Positions 1-11,164 of a DNA stretch of 64,000 nt are shown one piece after another. The translations under genes and the position numbers were made by a program. Each line of letters starts with the position of its first letter. Position 1 is the stretch's first letter. Location of the stretch: positions 314,340,001 to 314,404,000 of the forward strand of contig OZ024741.1 in NCBI GenBank assembly GCA_964016885.1, given 5' to 3'. This DNA is from Eledone cirrhosa. Taxonomy: Eukaryota. Under the pieces are notes generated by a model. It worked only from the letters and a program-made list of their open reading frames with translations. It made no database searches and was not told the origin of the DNA.

Positions 1-790
1 AGAGGGTACTTGAAGAAACATGACAACAACATACATAGGCGAGACAGATCGTAGCATAGCAGAAAGGATAGACCAACACTGGGGTAAGTAAAAGGATGAA
101 AAAACGGTTCAGTACTATACGAACACGCCAGACAACAACATAACCGTAACATAGACAACATAGAAATTAAGATAATATCTAAGCATAGAAATGACCCAGC
201 AGATAGGTAAATCAGAGAGGCAAGCGAAATAGAGCTAGAAGGCCAAAACTAAACAGAAAAATGAATGGAATAAGAAGAACACCCAAACAAACAACACTGA
301 CTTAAGAGAAATATAAATAAATAAATAAATAAATATATACACAAGCACAATAACAATAAACATGTATAAACACAATAGTAAACTAAGAATACAATAACCG
401 AAAGACGATCACCCAAACGCGAACACACACTAAACACTATACATACACCCAAACGCATACACAAAGAAGAAGACAAAAATAAATAAATAAATAAATAAAC
501 AAATAAATAAAAATGGCGTAGATATACAATACAACAGGAGGAACATAATAGTACAACTGATGATGTTGCAGATGTGCAACGAAAGAATTTTGTTAGACTA
601 TATATATGTGTTTACATCTATATTATATCTGTATTTTTTACCGTTGGTCAGTCAATGGTAAATAATGAGGACCGAATGAATTAACTGTAGGAGATATAAA
701 AGATACATAAGCGAAAACCTATCAAACAGTGAGCGTGTACTGTTATTATTTCTGACAATATTATTACAACAATATGACCCTCCCCAAGTA

Positions 791-795
<5 letters not shown>
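1..795 (+). mobile_element. Naiad-like Penelope element, 3' end: degenerate GIY-YIG endonuclease C-terminus (1-~290), 3' UTR and pseudo-LTR, ending in (TA)n
   Basis: Frame 2 reads EGT*RNMTTTYIGETDRSIAERIDQHWG, matching the ORF at 11165-12232 (-). Bases 480-795 match the reverse complement of 10620-10930. Confidence 0.85.
553..592 (+). ncRNA. Minimal hammerhead ribozyme motif in Naiad-like pLTR
   Basis: CTGATGA-t-GTTGCA-gatg-TGCAAC-GAAA; stems I and III are short or degenerate. Confidence 0.7.
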
Positions 796-883
<88 letters not shown>

Positions 884-892
884 AGAGAGAGA
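796..892. repeat. (TA)n(GA)n microsatellite
   Basis: Directly visible. Confidence 0.95.
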
Positions 893-1162
893 GAATAGAA
901 TGAAACGAAATTTCATTTCTGACTCTTAGTACGGCACTTACTTAAATGTAAGTATGTATGTATACGTACATACATATATGTATACAGACGTACAGTAGTA
1001 TATATATATATACATACATGCACACATATATATATGCACGTATCGGTTTACCGAACATTTATTATAATTCTCGGTTTGTTTGTTTGTAAACAAACAAACA
1101 GCCCTAATTACGCTGTACAGTGAGGCAACCACGTCACCTTTTTGTTCAACAATGACACAGAA

Positions 1163-1205
1163 ACAATGTACTAGTTTCAAGCTTATTAGCTTTCGTCAGC
1201 ATCGT
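1163..1205 (-). ncRNA. Type I minimal hammerhead ribozyme, intact core
   Basis: Reverse complement: ACGATG-CTGACGA-AAGCT-aata-AGCTT-GAAA-CTAG-TA-CATTGT. Confidence 0.88.
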
Positions 1206-1606
1206 ATACATTCCTGCCAGATGGTTGAACGTCTGAAAGTATATACATTCCTAATGTATATTAACGGCTGAGCAGCCTAAATTGCATATCGAATGAGTTC
1301 AGTCGGCCGGGCACACCGAAAACTATAAATGGAATAGAATGAAACGAAATTTCATTTCTCACTCTTAGGTCGGCATTTACTTAAATGTAAGTATGTATGT
1401 ATACGTACATACATATATGTATACAGACGTACAGTAGTATGTATATATATATACATACATGCACACATATAGATATGCACGTATCGGTTTAACGAACACT
1501 TATTATAATGCTCGGTTTGTTCGTTTGTAAACAAACAAAGAGCCCGAATTACGCCGTACAGTGTTTAGGCAACCACGTAACCTTTTTGTTTAACACTGAC
1601 ACAGGA

Positions 1607-1649
1607 ACGATGTACTAGTTTCAAGCTTATTAACTATCGTCAGCATCGT
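1607..1649 (-). ncRNA. Type I minimal hammerhead ribozyme, intact core
   Basis: Reverse complement: ACGATG-CTGACGA-tagtt-aata-agctt-GAAA-CTAG-TA-CATCGT; 6-bp stem I. Confidence 0.85.
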
Positions 1650-2045
1650 ATACCTTCCTGTCAGATGGTTGAACGCCTGAAAGTATATACTTTCCTCATG
1701 CATATTAACGGCTGAGCACCCTAATTTGCATATCCAGTGAGTTCAGACGGCCGAGCACACCGAAAACGATAAATGGAATATAATGAAACGAAATTTCATT
1801 TCTCACTCTTAGTACGGCACTTACTTAAATGTAAGTATGTATGTATACGTAAATACATATATGTATACAGACGTACAGTAGTATGCATATATATATACAT
1901 ACATGCACACATATATATATGTACGCATCGGTTTACCGAACATTTATTATAATACTCGGTTTGTTTCTTTGTAAACAAACAAACAGCCCGAATTACGCCG
2001 TACAGTGTATACTTTCAGACGTTCAACCATCTGGCAGGAAGGTAT

Positions 2046-2088
2046 ACGATGCTGACGATAGTTAATAAGCTTAAAACTAGTACATCGT
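2046..2088 (+). ncRNA. Type I hammerhead copy with GAAA>AAAA mutation, probably inactive
   Basis: ACGATG-CTGACGA-tagttaataagctt-AAAA-CTAG-TA-CATCGT. Confidence 0.7.
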
Positions 2089-2484
2089 TCTTGTGTCAGT
2101 GTTGAACAAAAAGGTGACGGGGCTGCCTAAACACTGTACGCGAAATTCGGGCTCTTTTTTTGTTTACAAACAAACAAACCGAGCATTATAATAAATATTC
2201 GGTAAACCGATACGTGCATATATATATATGTGTGCATGTATGTATTTATATACTACTGTACGTCTGTATACATATATGTATGTACGTATACATACATACT
2301 TACATTTAAGTAAGTGCCGTACTAAAAGTGAGAAATGAAATTTCGTTTCATTCTATTCCATTTATCGTTTTTGGTGTGCCCGGCCGACTGAACTCACTCG
2401 ATATGCAATTTACGCTGCTCAGCCGTTAATATGCATAAGGAAAGTATATACTTTCAGACGTTCAAGCAACTGGCAGGAAGGTAT

Positions 2485-2527
2485 ACGATGCCGACGATAG
2501 CTAATAAGCTGGAAACTAGTACATCGT
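2485..2527 (+). ncRNA. Type I hammerhead copy with CCGACGA core variant
   Basis: ACGATG-CCGACGA-tagctaataagctg-GAAA-CTAG-TA-CATCGT. Confidence 0.7.
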
Positions 2528-2716
2528 TCCTGTGTCAGTGTTGAACAAAAAGGTGATGTGGTTGCCTAAACACTGTACGGCGTAATTCGGGCTGTTTGTT
2601 TGTTTACAAACAAACAAACCGAGGATTTTAATAAATGTTTGGTAAACCGATACGTGCATATATATATATGTGTGCATCTATATATACATATACATACTAC
2701 TGTACGTCTGTATACA

Positions 2717-2806
<90 letters not shown>

Positions 2807-3493
2807 ATATATAGAGGGGCAAGACACAGAAGAGTGTGTTTTTCTTTAGAGGAATTTCAAACCACCACCAACGTGGAGAGAATATAAGCTAATAGAAGCA
2901 TAGGAAAAACATTAACATTAAAAGTATAAATTAAAATGAGAAGCCAACCTCATACCTAGATCACACATGTACAAACTCACCAGAAGATTGTTTAGCCATT
3001 TAAGTCGGTTCAAATTCGGTCCTGCTGGTCATCAGCATGTGGAGAGACCGTTATTGTCCGCACTACTAGAGAGAGAGAACTATAGTAAACGACCTGTAGC
3101 ACGTGGAGATATAAGGGAAATACGTGCGCAAGGCAGTAACCGGTGGCATGAACAGAACAAGCTGCTAGAGATGGCAGCCTATACTATTCAATTTATGGTG
3201 CTCTACAGCAGAGAGAACGCAAGGAGCAAATAGCAAGTAAAATAACGGAGCAAACACTCGCGTATAATCCTGTAACTAAACGATCTCAAAGGAAAGAGTA
3301 TTCCTGGGAGTCCTTTGCTCCGTTTTATATATATATATATATATATATATTGAGTTTATGTTGGTTGTATACCAACACCTCAGTATGCAGTCTGGAGCAC
3401 TCGACGAAGTGCGCAGGTTGGTTTGGTTACTCCGGAGTAGTGTAAAATAAAGTTAAATAAAAGTCAAATGATTAAAATTTAGCTTCGTTTATT

Positions 3494-3548
3494 ACTGCTA
3501 TATATATTTCAGTGAAAGCCATCTTTGGCTGTGACCTCTTCAGGCAGT
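3494..3548 (-). ncRNA. Type I hammerhead ribozyme in the 3' pLTR (sense to the element)
   Basis: Reverse complement: ACTGC-CTGAAGA-stem II-GAAA-TATATA-TA-GCAGT. Confidence 0.85.
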
Positions 3549-4761
3549 TTAAATTAGTATGGTATAGACAAGTACATATGTTGTTTAGGTGTATAATATT
3601 GTCAATACTCTGATATGCCCAGTTACTTGTTGGATTGTTATTTCACTGAGGAACTGGAGTCATATGAATTCAAACAAACGAATTTCAGTGTCAAAGGTCC
3701 TCTTCTCCTCCCTCTCATTGGTCAGTTATTAGAACATTCCTCATTCTAAGTGTTGTTATTGTTGGAGTTAGCTTAAAAATTGATAAAATGGTAGAAGGGA
3801 CAAGGTGTTAAAGGAACAAAATAACAAAATAACAAAAAAAGTGTCAAACTTCCCATTGGTCAGTTCTGAGAGCATTCCTCAGTCAGAAGTCTATAGAATT
3901 CTTTCTGGGGTGAGGCTCCCTGTAGTGTTTTTGCCTGCTATTGTTCCGTACATTTGACCTCTACCATTATTTTGGTAGTGTTGTTGGTGTTGTGGTCAGC
4001 TTATATCTTGCTGCTGCTAACAATTTAGAAGTATCCAGTGTGTGTTTTTTCTTCATCCCTCCTGCCACCATCATAGTGGCGGTGGTGGTGGAGGGGGTTA
4101 TTCCATGTATATGAAGAAATATAAGGCAATAAATGAAGAAAAAAGAAAATAAATAAATAATATAATAAAATAATTAATATAATTTGTATAATTTGAAAAT
4201 AAATAAATAAATAGAGAATAAAGAATAAAGAATAAATGAAAAATTGGTGAAAAAGTAATGAAAATGAATATGGAGAAGTGAGAAATAATGTAGGATAAAG
4301 TGTGTGTGTGCTATAACCAATCTCAAGGTCAGAATATTTTGGATAGATTGGTATGAGACAAGATGTTAAGATGAGATAATCAAACTAAATGTGTTTGTGT
4401 TATAATCAATCTCAACTTGAAAATAAATATAAGGTGATACAGTGAAGAGGGCAGAAAACAAATAACAAATTAATAAAGAGAAATCAAGATTTAAGATTGG
4501 AACTTGAAAATCAGAAATCTAGTAAATTAAAAGTGTTTATGTTATATAGATGTTGGCCAAATTATAATGGCTGTGTCCGATTCTATCTCTAGGCTATCAT
4601 GGTGTCTGCTCAGCCTGGGTTGTTCCCTATGGCTTGAGGGGAGTTCACAACCTAGGGTGTTGTTACTGCCCATATAGCTTGAGGGAGGTCTGGCCGAGAG
4701 GTGTTTTCATGTTCTGTAGAAGTCCCTATAGCTTGAGGGGAGTTCACATCTTCTTGTGTTG

Positions 4762-7090
4762 CTACTGTCCATATATCTTGAGAAAGGTCCCGGCTCTAAG
4801 GTGTCTGCACGTCCCGAAGAAGTCGGTTCTGAGGTTTATCAGGCCGCTTCCACCTCTTAGTATCTCGAGGGTCTCGTTCAGGCATAGTTTGCATATGCAA
4901 GATCCCCCTTTATCGGGTGGTACTTTCCTGATTATGTACCAGGCCAGAGAGTATGGGGTCCTGTCCAGCTTAAGCTTCCAGATCAGGTCGGAGAGAGCTG
5001 TGCTTTTCCTTTTGGCCTCCTTCTTGAATGACTGGCGATGGTTGTACCAGCGGTCTTTAAAGCTCGTTGATGTGGCTACTATGTAGAGGTGTTCGGAGTT
5101 GGGGGTTTTAACCCTACAACCGTACACTAGGTTCTTCTTGAGGCATTCATTACCAAGGGGGCATGATTCGGAGTTTCTGCAGTTGCAGAGGGTAGTCGGC
5201 CTCTGCTTGCCTAGATTAGGTTTCCCGTTATGTGTTACATGTTGGTCTTCCCCAGGCTCTGTGGGGGGTCCTCGGGTCTGTTTGGGTTTCTTGGGTAGGC
5301 TCTGGGTCCCCCCTTCCCTCCTTTCACATGATTCTGCTGAGTGTTTGTATTGCTATCTTCTGGTTGTGTGTGGTTTTTAAGCCTACTTCTGTTGATGCTA
5401 GCTATGTCTTGGGCCAAATTTCTCGTGGTGGAATACGAAAGCTTCACAGTGTGTCTGTTGAAGATCCTGTGGTATCTGTGGTCCCTCGGGAAGCATTTGT
5501 CATGTGCTCCAAAGAATAATCGGGCCAAGCTTTTCTTTAGGGCCGCTGAGTAGGCTGGGTTGTACCACGTGATTTTTCGGTGTCTCCTCCTATATGTGTG
5601 GGTCGGGGGCTTCGTGATGTGTTGGAGATTTGTTGGGTTGCTGGTGGTTTCCGCACTGTTGCTTCCCCTTTGGGCTCTATGCTTTTTGTTATCTTCACGG
5701 CCCGAATTTGTGGGGTGGTCGTTGTCCGCCCCGGGAGATCCATCGTGGGGTGGTCGCCCGTTTCCTCCCCCCCACGTGTCCTGGGGTTGGGGTTGTCCGT
5801 CCTGGGCTAGTTAGCGTCACAACTGAGACTGCTACTCATATTGTGCTCCATCTCGTGGTCAAGCGCACTAGTCCCCACCGCCCGTGTGGTGGTGTCGGGC
5901 ACACGGTGCCTATTTGATTCTGGTCTGCCTGTATTGTTAGGGTTCGCCATACGGGCAACGCGGTTGTGGGTGTCTGTTGGGCTATCCACCTCCCGGCTTT
6001 TCGGACTATATGTCATATTTTGGCCATGTGCCGCCTTCTTTAGAGCTGCGTTGTAATATTCCGAGTGGTTATTGAATATTTCCTTACTTGCGGACAGGCT
6101 GGAGATCCTGTCCGAGACACTCTTCACCACTGCCTTGGTTATGGATCTAGGGTGGTCAGATTTGGCGTTAACATATACGAGTTTCTCATTGGGCTTGTGG
6201 TAGGGGTAGTATTGCTCGGTGTTCAGGTTTAGGGTGGTGTCTAGGAAGTTAACTACCTTCCTATTTGGGTCTATTTCTATGCTGAGCCCCCGGTTCTTAA
6301 AGAAATGGCGAATACGCCTCCTCATACCCTCCAACATATTGGTGCTGTGGTCATATACTGTGAATAGAGCATGGTCACGATATAATCCGCCGCCCAGGCA
6401 GGGGATTTCATCTTTTATCTGCTTCAGCAGGTAGAGCCCAACCAGGTCCGTTACCTGCGCCGAGTCGCTGGAGCCCATCGTGATGTCAAAGTTATTTGGC
6501 CAATCCCTCCTGGTCCAAAGGTCTCCATCGAAGCGGATTAAGGTCATTCTTGCGGCGTGGATGATGCTCACCTCCTCTCGGGTTAGGTCCGTATTGGACA
6601 TCGCTAAAAATAGGGCCTTATTAAGGAGTAGTAGATTTAGGAGTAGTAGCTTGCGATGTCCAGTTGTATAAAGCTGGTCCTACTTTTCTCATGCAATATT
6701 TTGAACCATTCTATTACTTCTCCCGTGCATGACCATTGCTGTAATTTAGTTTTCTTCCGAAGCTTGGCCAAAATCCTATCCAGTATTCTTTTACTGACGA
6801 TCCCTAGGTCAGATCTGGAGGGGGCTATTAGTCTGACAGGGAGGTCGGACTCAAAGTTTGGCTTGTGGTCTTTAAGGGTAATCCGCGGCTCCCTTGGTTG
6901 GTATGGGGCCGTCCTGTCCTCTATGCCGATTCTGGATATAATCCTGTAAGCTGTGGCATTGATCTCATCCAGGGTAAATCCATGTGTTTTTTTGTAGCAC
7001 TTCCTCAGTTCCCTGAGGATTATCTTATTGTACAGTTCAGTGTTCATGTGGTAGAGGTTGTTTGTTTTGTCAGCATGGATAAGTATTCCA
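4762..7090 (-). pseudogene. Disrupted PLE RT-GIY-YIG ORF
   Basis: Frameshifted into at least four pieces; the catalytic YRDD reads YRDH. Confidence 0.88.
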
Positions 7091-7230
7091 CTGAAATTCG
7101 TTTGTTTGAATTCATATGACTTCAGTTCATCAGGGAAATAACAACCCAACAAGGAACTGGGCATATCAGAGTATTGACAATATTATACACCTAAACAACA
7201 TATGTACTTGTCTATACCATACTAATTCAA

Positions 7231-7285
7231 ACTGCCTGAAGAGGTCACAGCCTAAGATGGCTGTCACTGAAATATATATAGCAGT
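7231..7285 (+). ncRNA. Type I hammerhead ribozyme in the inverted 5' pLTR
   Basis: ACTGC-CTGAAGA-GGTCACAGCC-taagat-GGCTGTCACT-GAAA-TATATA-TA-GCAGT. Confidence 0.88.
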
Positions 7286-7329
7286 AATAAACGAAGCTAA
7301 ATTTTAATCATTTGACTTTTATTTAACTT

Positions 7330-7402
<73 letters not shown>

Positions 7403-7405
<3 letters not shown>

Positions 7406-8225
7406 TATTTTCTGTTGTGTTGTAATATAAATATTACACACAGTAGATTATCAGCTCACGTAGAGTTTGCTCGACGGTTCCAGTTGTAGTTCCAAAAGTA
7501 ATCCGGAGAAAAATAGAAAGATTTGAATGGATACAGTTTAGTTGAAAGGAATTTATTGACACGTGTTTCTATAACAGTTACATAACCTAAAACAGCTATC
7601 TACAAACTTTTAGTTATGCAGACATTCAATATTTCAATGTTATTATTTACTGTCATTTCATCAGAATAATATTACTGAGGACCTATTTAGTTTTTATAGA
7701 GAATATTAGGAGGGAGGGGTGAAGTTGTTAGAAGAATAGTTGAAGGAGTGGTTTTTCGATAGCAGTGAGAATTCTTGGTGGCAGTGAGTAATTAGATTCC
7801 CATCTGTTGTTTTGACATTTTTTATAGAATATATTATTGGTTATTTTTCTAAATCTATAGAAGGATTAGAGATAGTAAAGATATGCGTGGTTGGTTTTGT
7901 GTTTGCACTTAATTAACATTCAGACTTAAATTTTTCTTTCAAGTGTACGTATCCTTTCACCCACGCATTCACACACAAATATATTTGCACACCTCTACAA
8001 AATACATATACTCACAATTCACATATTCATACTTACATATATATACACATGCATACACATATATATACACACATGTATTCATATACATACATACGCGCTC
8101 ATGTGTATACATTTTCATACTCAACTTATCTTTATATACACACGTATAGACACACTCATATATACATACATACTCTAGTCCATGTGTACACACATACACA
8201 TACTTACACATCCATATACACATAT

Positions 8226-8298
<73 letters not shown>

Positions 8299-10612
8299 TA
8301 CATACACATACATATACACATATATACATACATATATATATATAAGCACTTTAATACATGAATACACTTACATCTAACTATACACATCAAACATATATAT
8401 ATATTTACTTATTTATATACATTTTCACATATATATACATACTTATGGACGTTTTTAGACACATTCATTATCGCATATTTGTACCTATTCTCATCAGCAT
8501 ATCTTTTCATTATTAGTATGGTAATTTAAGGTTATTAATATATGTTGAGAAGAGATTGTTTTTATATTTTTCTAACTAGATTAAGGTTTATATAGTTGGG
8601 GGATGTCCCTCTTTTATGTAATATTCGGCTTGTAGTGGGAAAAAAGGGTTTTAGTTCTGTGACGGCAGAATAATGTTCGTTCAATTCTGTTATTCAGCAG
8701 TTTCTTCTTGTGTGTGATTATGTAATAAATCTCAAGATTACACAATTTGCAGAAATTTTGGCTCCTGGAAAAGCTTTGGGTTTTAGCTAATTTTTCCCAT
8801 TTTAGGGTAAACTTTTGGTCGCTATCCCTGAGCGTCCAAGCTTTTTCTGCTAAAGTTGTTACATTTCTTTGGCTCTGGTGTTTTATTGAGTAAGAATGCC
8901 TATACAATCGAGATTTAAACGATGTTGCCGTTGATCCCACGTAATACCACTCGTTGCCTCCGGATTTAATGGTACACTTATAAATAATATTTTTTTCCAG
9001 GCAGTTATTGCCGAGGGGGCAGTTGTCAGGATAGGTGCAGTTACAGTTGTGTACGTTGGGTTTTCTCTGGAGTAGTATTGCGGACGAACTTAGGTGTGGT
9101 TTATTTATGTTCTGTAGTGTATTGTCTACTGTTTTTTTTTTGTGTTCTTTGTACTTAAGTTCTTAGTGTTTTCGTTTAACCTTCTAGTATTGACCTTTTT
9201 TATGTGTTGTTCAAGGTTTAACGCTGTAGAGTATGACAGTCTTATAGTGGTAGGGTTTAGGATTTTGTGGTATTTGTGTGATGTGGGAAAATGTCTTTTA
9301 ATTATTTTAAAGAAGAGTACTGGTAAATTTGTACTAATGGAGCTATTGTATTTGGGGTTATACCATAAGTACTCTTTGCATCGCTTTCTATTAGTTTTGT
9401 TTGTTGGTTTACTGGTGTGCATACTATGGTAGTAAGTGTGGTTTGGTGTTGTGTTATTATATCTACCTATGTGGGATTTATTTTGGGTGTTTTGATTGTT
9501 CCCATCTATGTACTCTATTTTGTTGAGGTAGCCTGCTTTACTAAGGGCGTTATCGTAGTACTCGGCGTGTTCCTTAAATACTTGTATGTTAGAAGATAGA
9601 CTCGAGATTCTAAGGGAAATATTTTTAGGGATAGATTTAATTATAGAGATGGGGTGGTTAGACCCAACATTTACGTATTTGAGATTTTCATTCAATTTAT
9701 GAAACGGTTTAATCAGACCAGAGTTTAAATTGAGTGTGACATCCAGGAAGTTAACTACTTTAAGGTTGTATTCATATGTTATAGTTAGTCCTATTTCGAG
9801 TAGTAGTTTTCTTATATCTTTGCGTAGTTTTTCTAGTTTTTGGTTATTAAGGTTTTTAGCTAGGAGGAGAACATCGTCGCGGTATATTCCGCCGTGGAGA
9901 TTGCTGAATTTTTCCTGGAGTCTAAAGGCGATAAATAACCCCACAATATCAGTTATTTCCGCCGAATCGTTAGAGCCCATTGTTATGTCAAAGTTAGAGG
10001 GTCTATTTTTACGCACCCAATAACTGTTCTCAAATTTGACTATAGTTTTCCTAGCTTCTAATATAATCTTAATTTCATCGTTTGTAAGGTCAGAGTTATC
10101 CTTAGCAAACTTAATGGCTCTATTCAAAGTTTCAGGTGATATCGATGAGTAATATTCATCGATATCAAACTGGATAAACTTAGATTTATTCTTATTGCTA
10201 ATGCTATTAAACCATCTTATTGCTTCTTGGGTCTTCCCTCAGAGTTTAATGTTAACCTTAGCCTTAATTTGGGGGATGATTCTATCTAAGATATATTTGC
10301 TTATTTTACCTATATCTGATTTAGAGGGGCAGATTAATCTAATTTTAGGGTCATTATCAAAGTTTACCTTGTGGTCCTTAAGATTGAAGGTGGGTACCGC
10401 CGGTAAGAGTGGTCCTGTCCTATCTTCGATTCCGAGAATTTTCACTATTTCGCATGCCTCATCATTGATGTGCTTAAGGGTTACTTCACTCGTTTTTCTA
10501 TATTTTTTATGTAATTCTTTTCGAATGAAGTTGTTGTATGTAGTGCAATCCATAGTGTACAGGTTTGATGTTTTGTCCGCTTTTACTACAATTCCTTTGG
10601 TGTTTTTAAGGT
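7403..10612 (-). mobile_element. Penelope-like element (Hydra-clade-like), second family, 5'-truncated
   Basis: ORF pieces at 10239-10553, 9126-10127 (FDITMGS, GIYRDD, VNFLD, SNHP) and 8614-8940 (KW, CKLC, CRH). CNC...CPL...C linker at ~9000-9050. The 3' UTR contains a (TA/CA) microsatellite at 7980-8450. Confidence 0.9.
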
Positions 10613-10829
10613 TATATATATATTGTTATACTTGGGGAGGGTCATATTTGCGTAATATTGCCAGAATTAATAACAGAACACACTCACTGTTTGGTTGGTT
10701 TTCGCTTCTCGCTGTCTTTTATATCTGCGATCTAACTTACTCGGTCCTCAATGTTGCCATTGACTGACCGACGGTCAAAAATAATACAGATACAATATAG
10801 ACACAAACACATATATATAGTTTACATAA

Positions 10830-10873
10830 TTTACATAAATCTTTCGTTGCACATCTGCAACATCGTCAGTGGT
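10830..10873 (-). ncRNA. Minimal hammerhead motif in Naiad-like pLTR
   Basis: Reverse complement: CTGACGA-tGTTGCAgatgTGCAAC-GAAA. Confidence 0.7.
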
Positions 10874-11164
10874 GTTTTATTCTTTGTTCCTCCTGTTGTG
10901 TTGTATGTCTACGCCATTTTTTTTTATTCAGTCTGTCTATATATTTATTTATTTATTTGTTTGTTTGTTTATTTTATTTTATTTTGTCTTCTTTGCGCAT
11001 GCGTTTGCGTGTGTGTATAGTGTTATGTGTGCTGTGTGACTAGTGTGTATAGTGTTGTGTCTGCTGGGTGACTAGTGTGTGTTTATGTGCTTGTTGTTAT
11101 TGTGCTTGTGTATGTATTTATTTATCTTATTTTATTTTATTTTATTTACTTATTTATACTTCTC

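Larger units (their letters stand above)
893..2720. repeat. ~440-bp tandem repeat array (about 2.5 direct units, then about 1.6 inverted units) with one HHR per unit; retrozyme-like
   Basis: TGAAACGAAATTTCATT recurs at 901, 1340 and 1784 (periods 439 and 444). From ~2006 the unit is reverse-complemented. No credible ORF. Confidence 0.9.
3350..7336 (-). mobile_element. Penelope-like element (Hydra-clade-like), 5'-truncated, with inverted pLTR copies at both ends
   Basis: RT fragments at 6637-7164 (ADKTNNLY) and 5807-6601 (FDITMGS, GLYRD, VNFLD), linker at 5235-5528, GIY-YIG fragment at 4762-5127 (CKLC...CRH). 3443-3690 and 7089-7336 are inverted repeats. Flanked by (TA)n. Confidence 0.92.

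Noticed and set aside
290-795. SECIS element in the Naiad-like 3' UTR
   Set aside because: ATGA...AA...GA strings occur but lack the required helix II pairing.
893-2720. CRISPR-like array
   Set aside because: The whole unit repeats, there are no unique spacers, there are no cas genes, and the context is eukaryotic.
938-2887. ORFs rich in YIYI/CVCM (also at 7943-8390, 13207-13536 and 29550-29948)
   Set aside because: These are translations of TA/CA microsatellites, not proteins.
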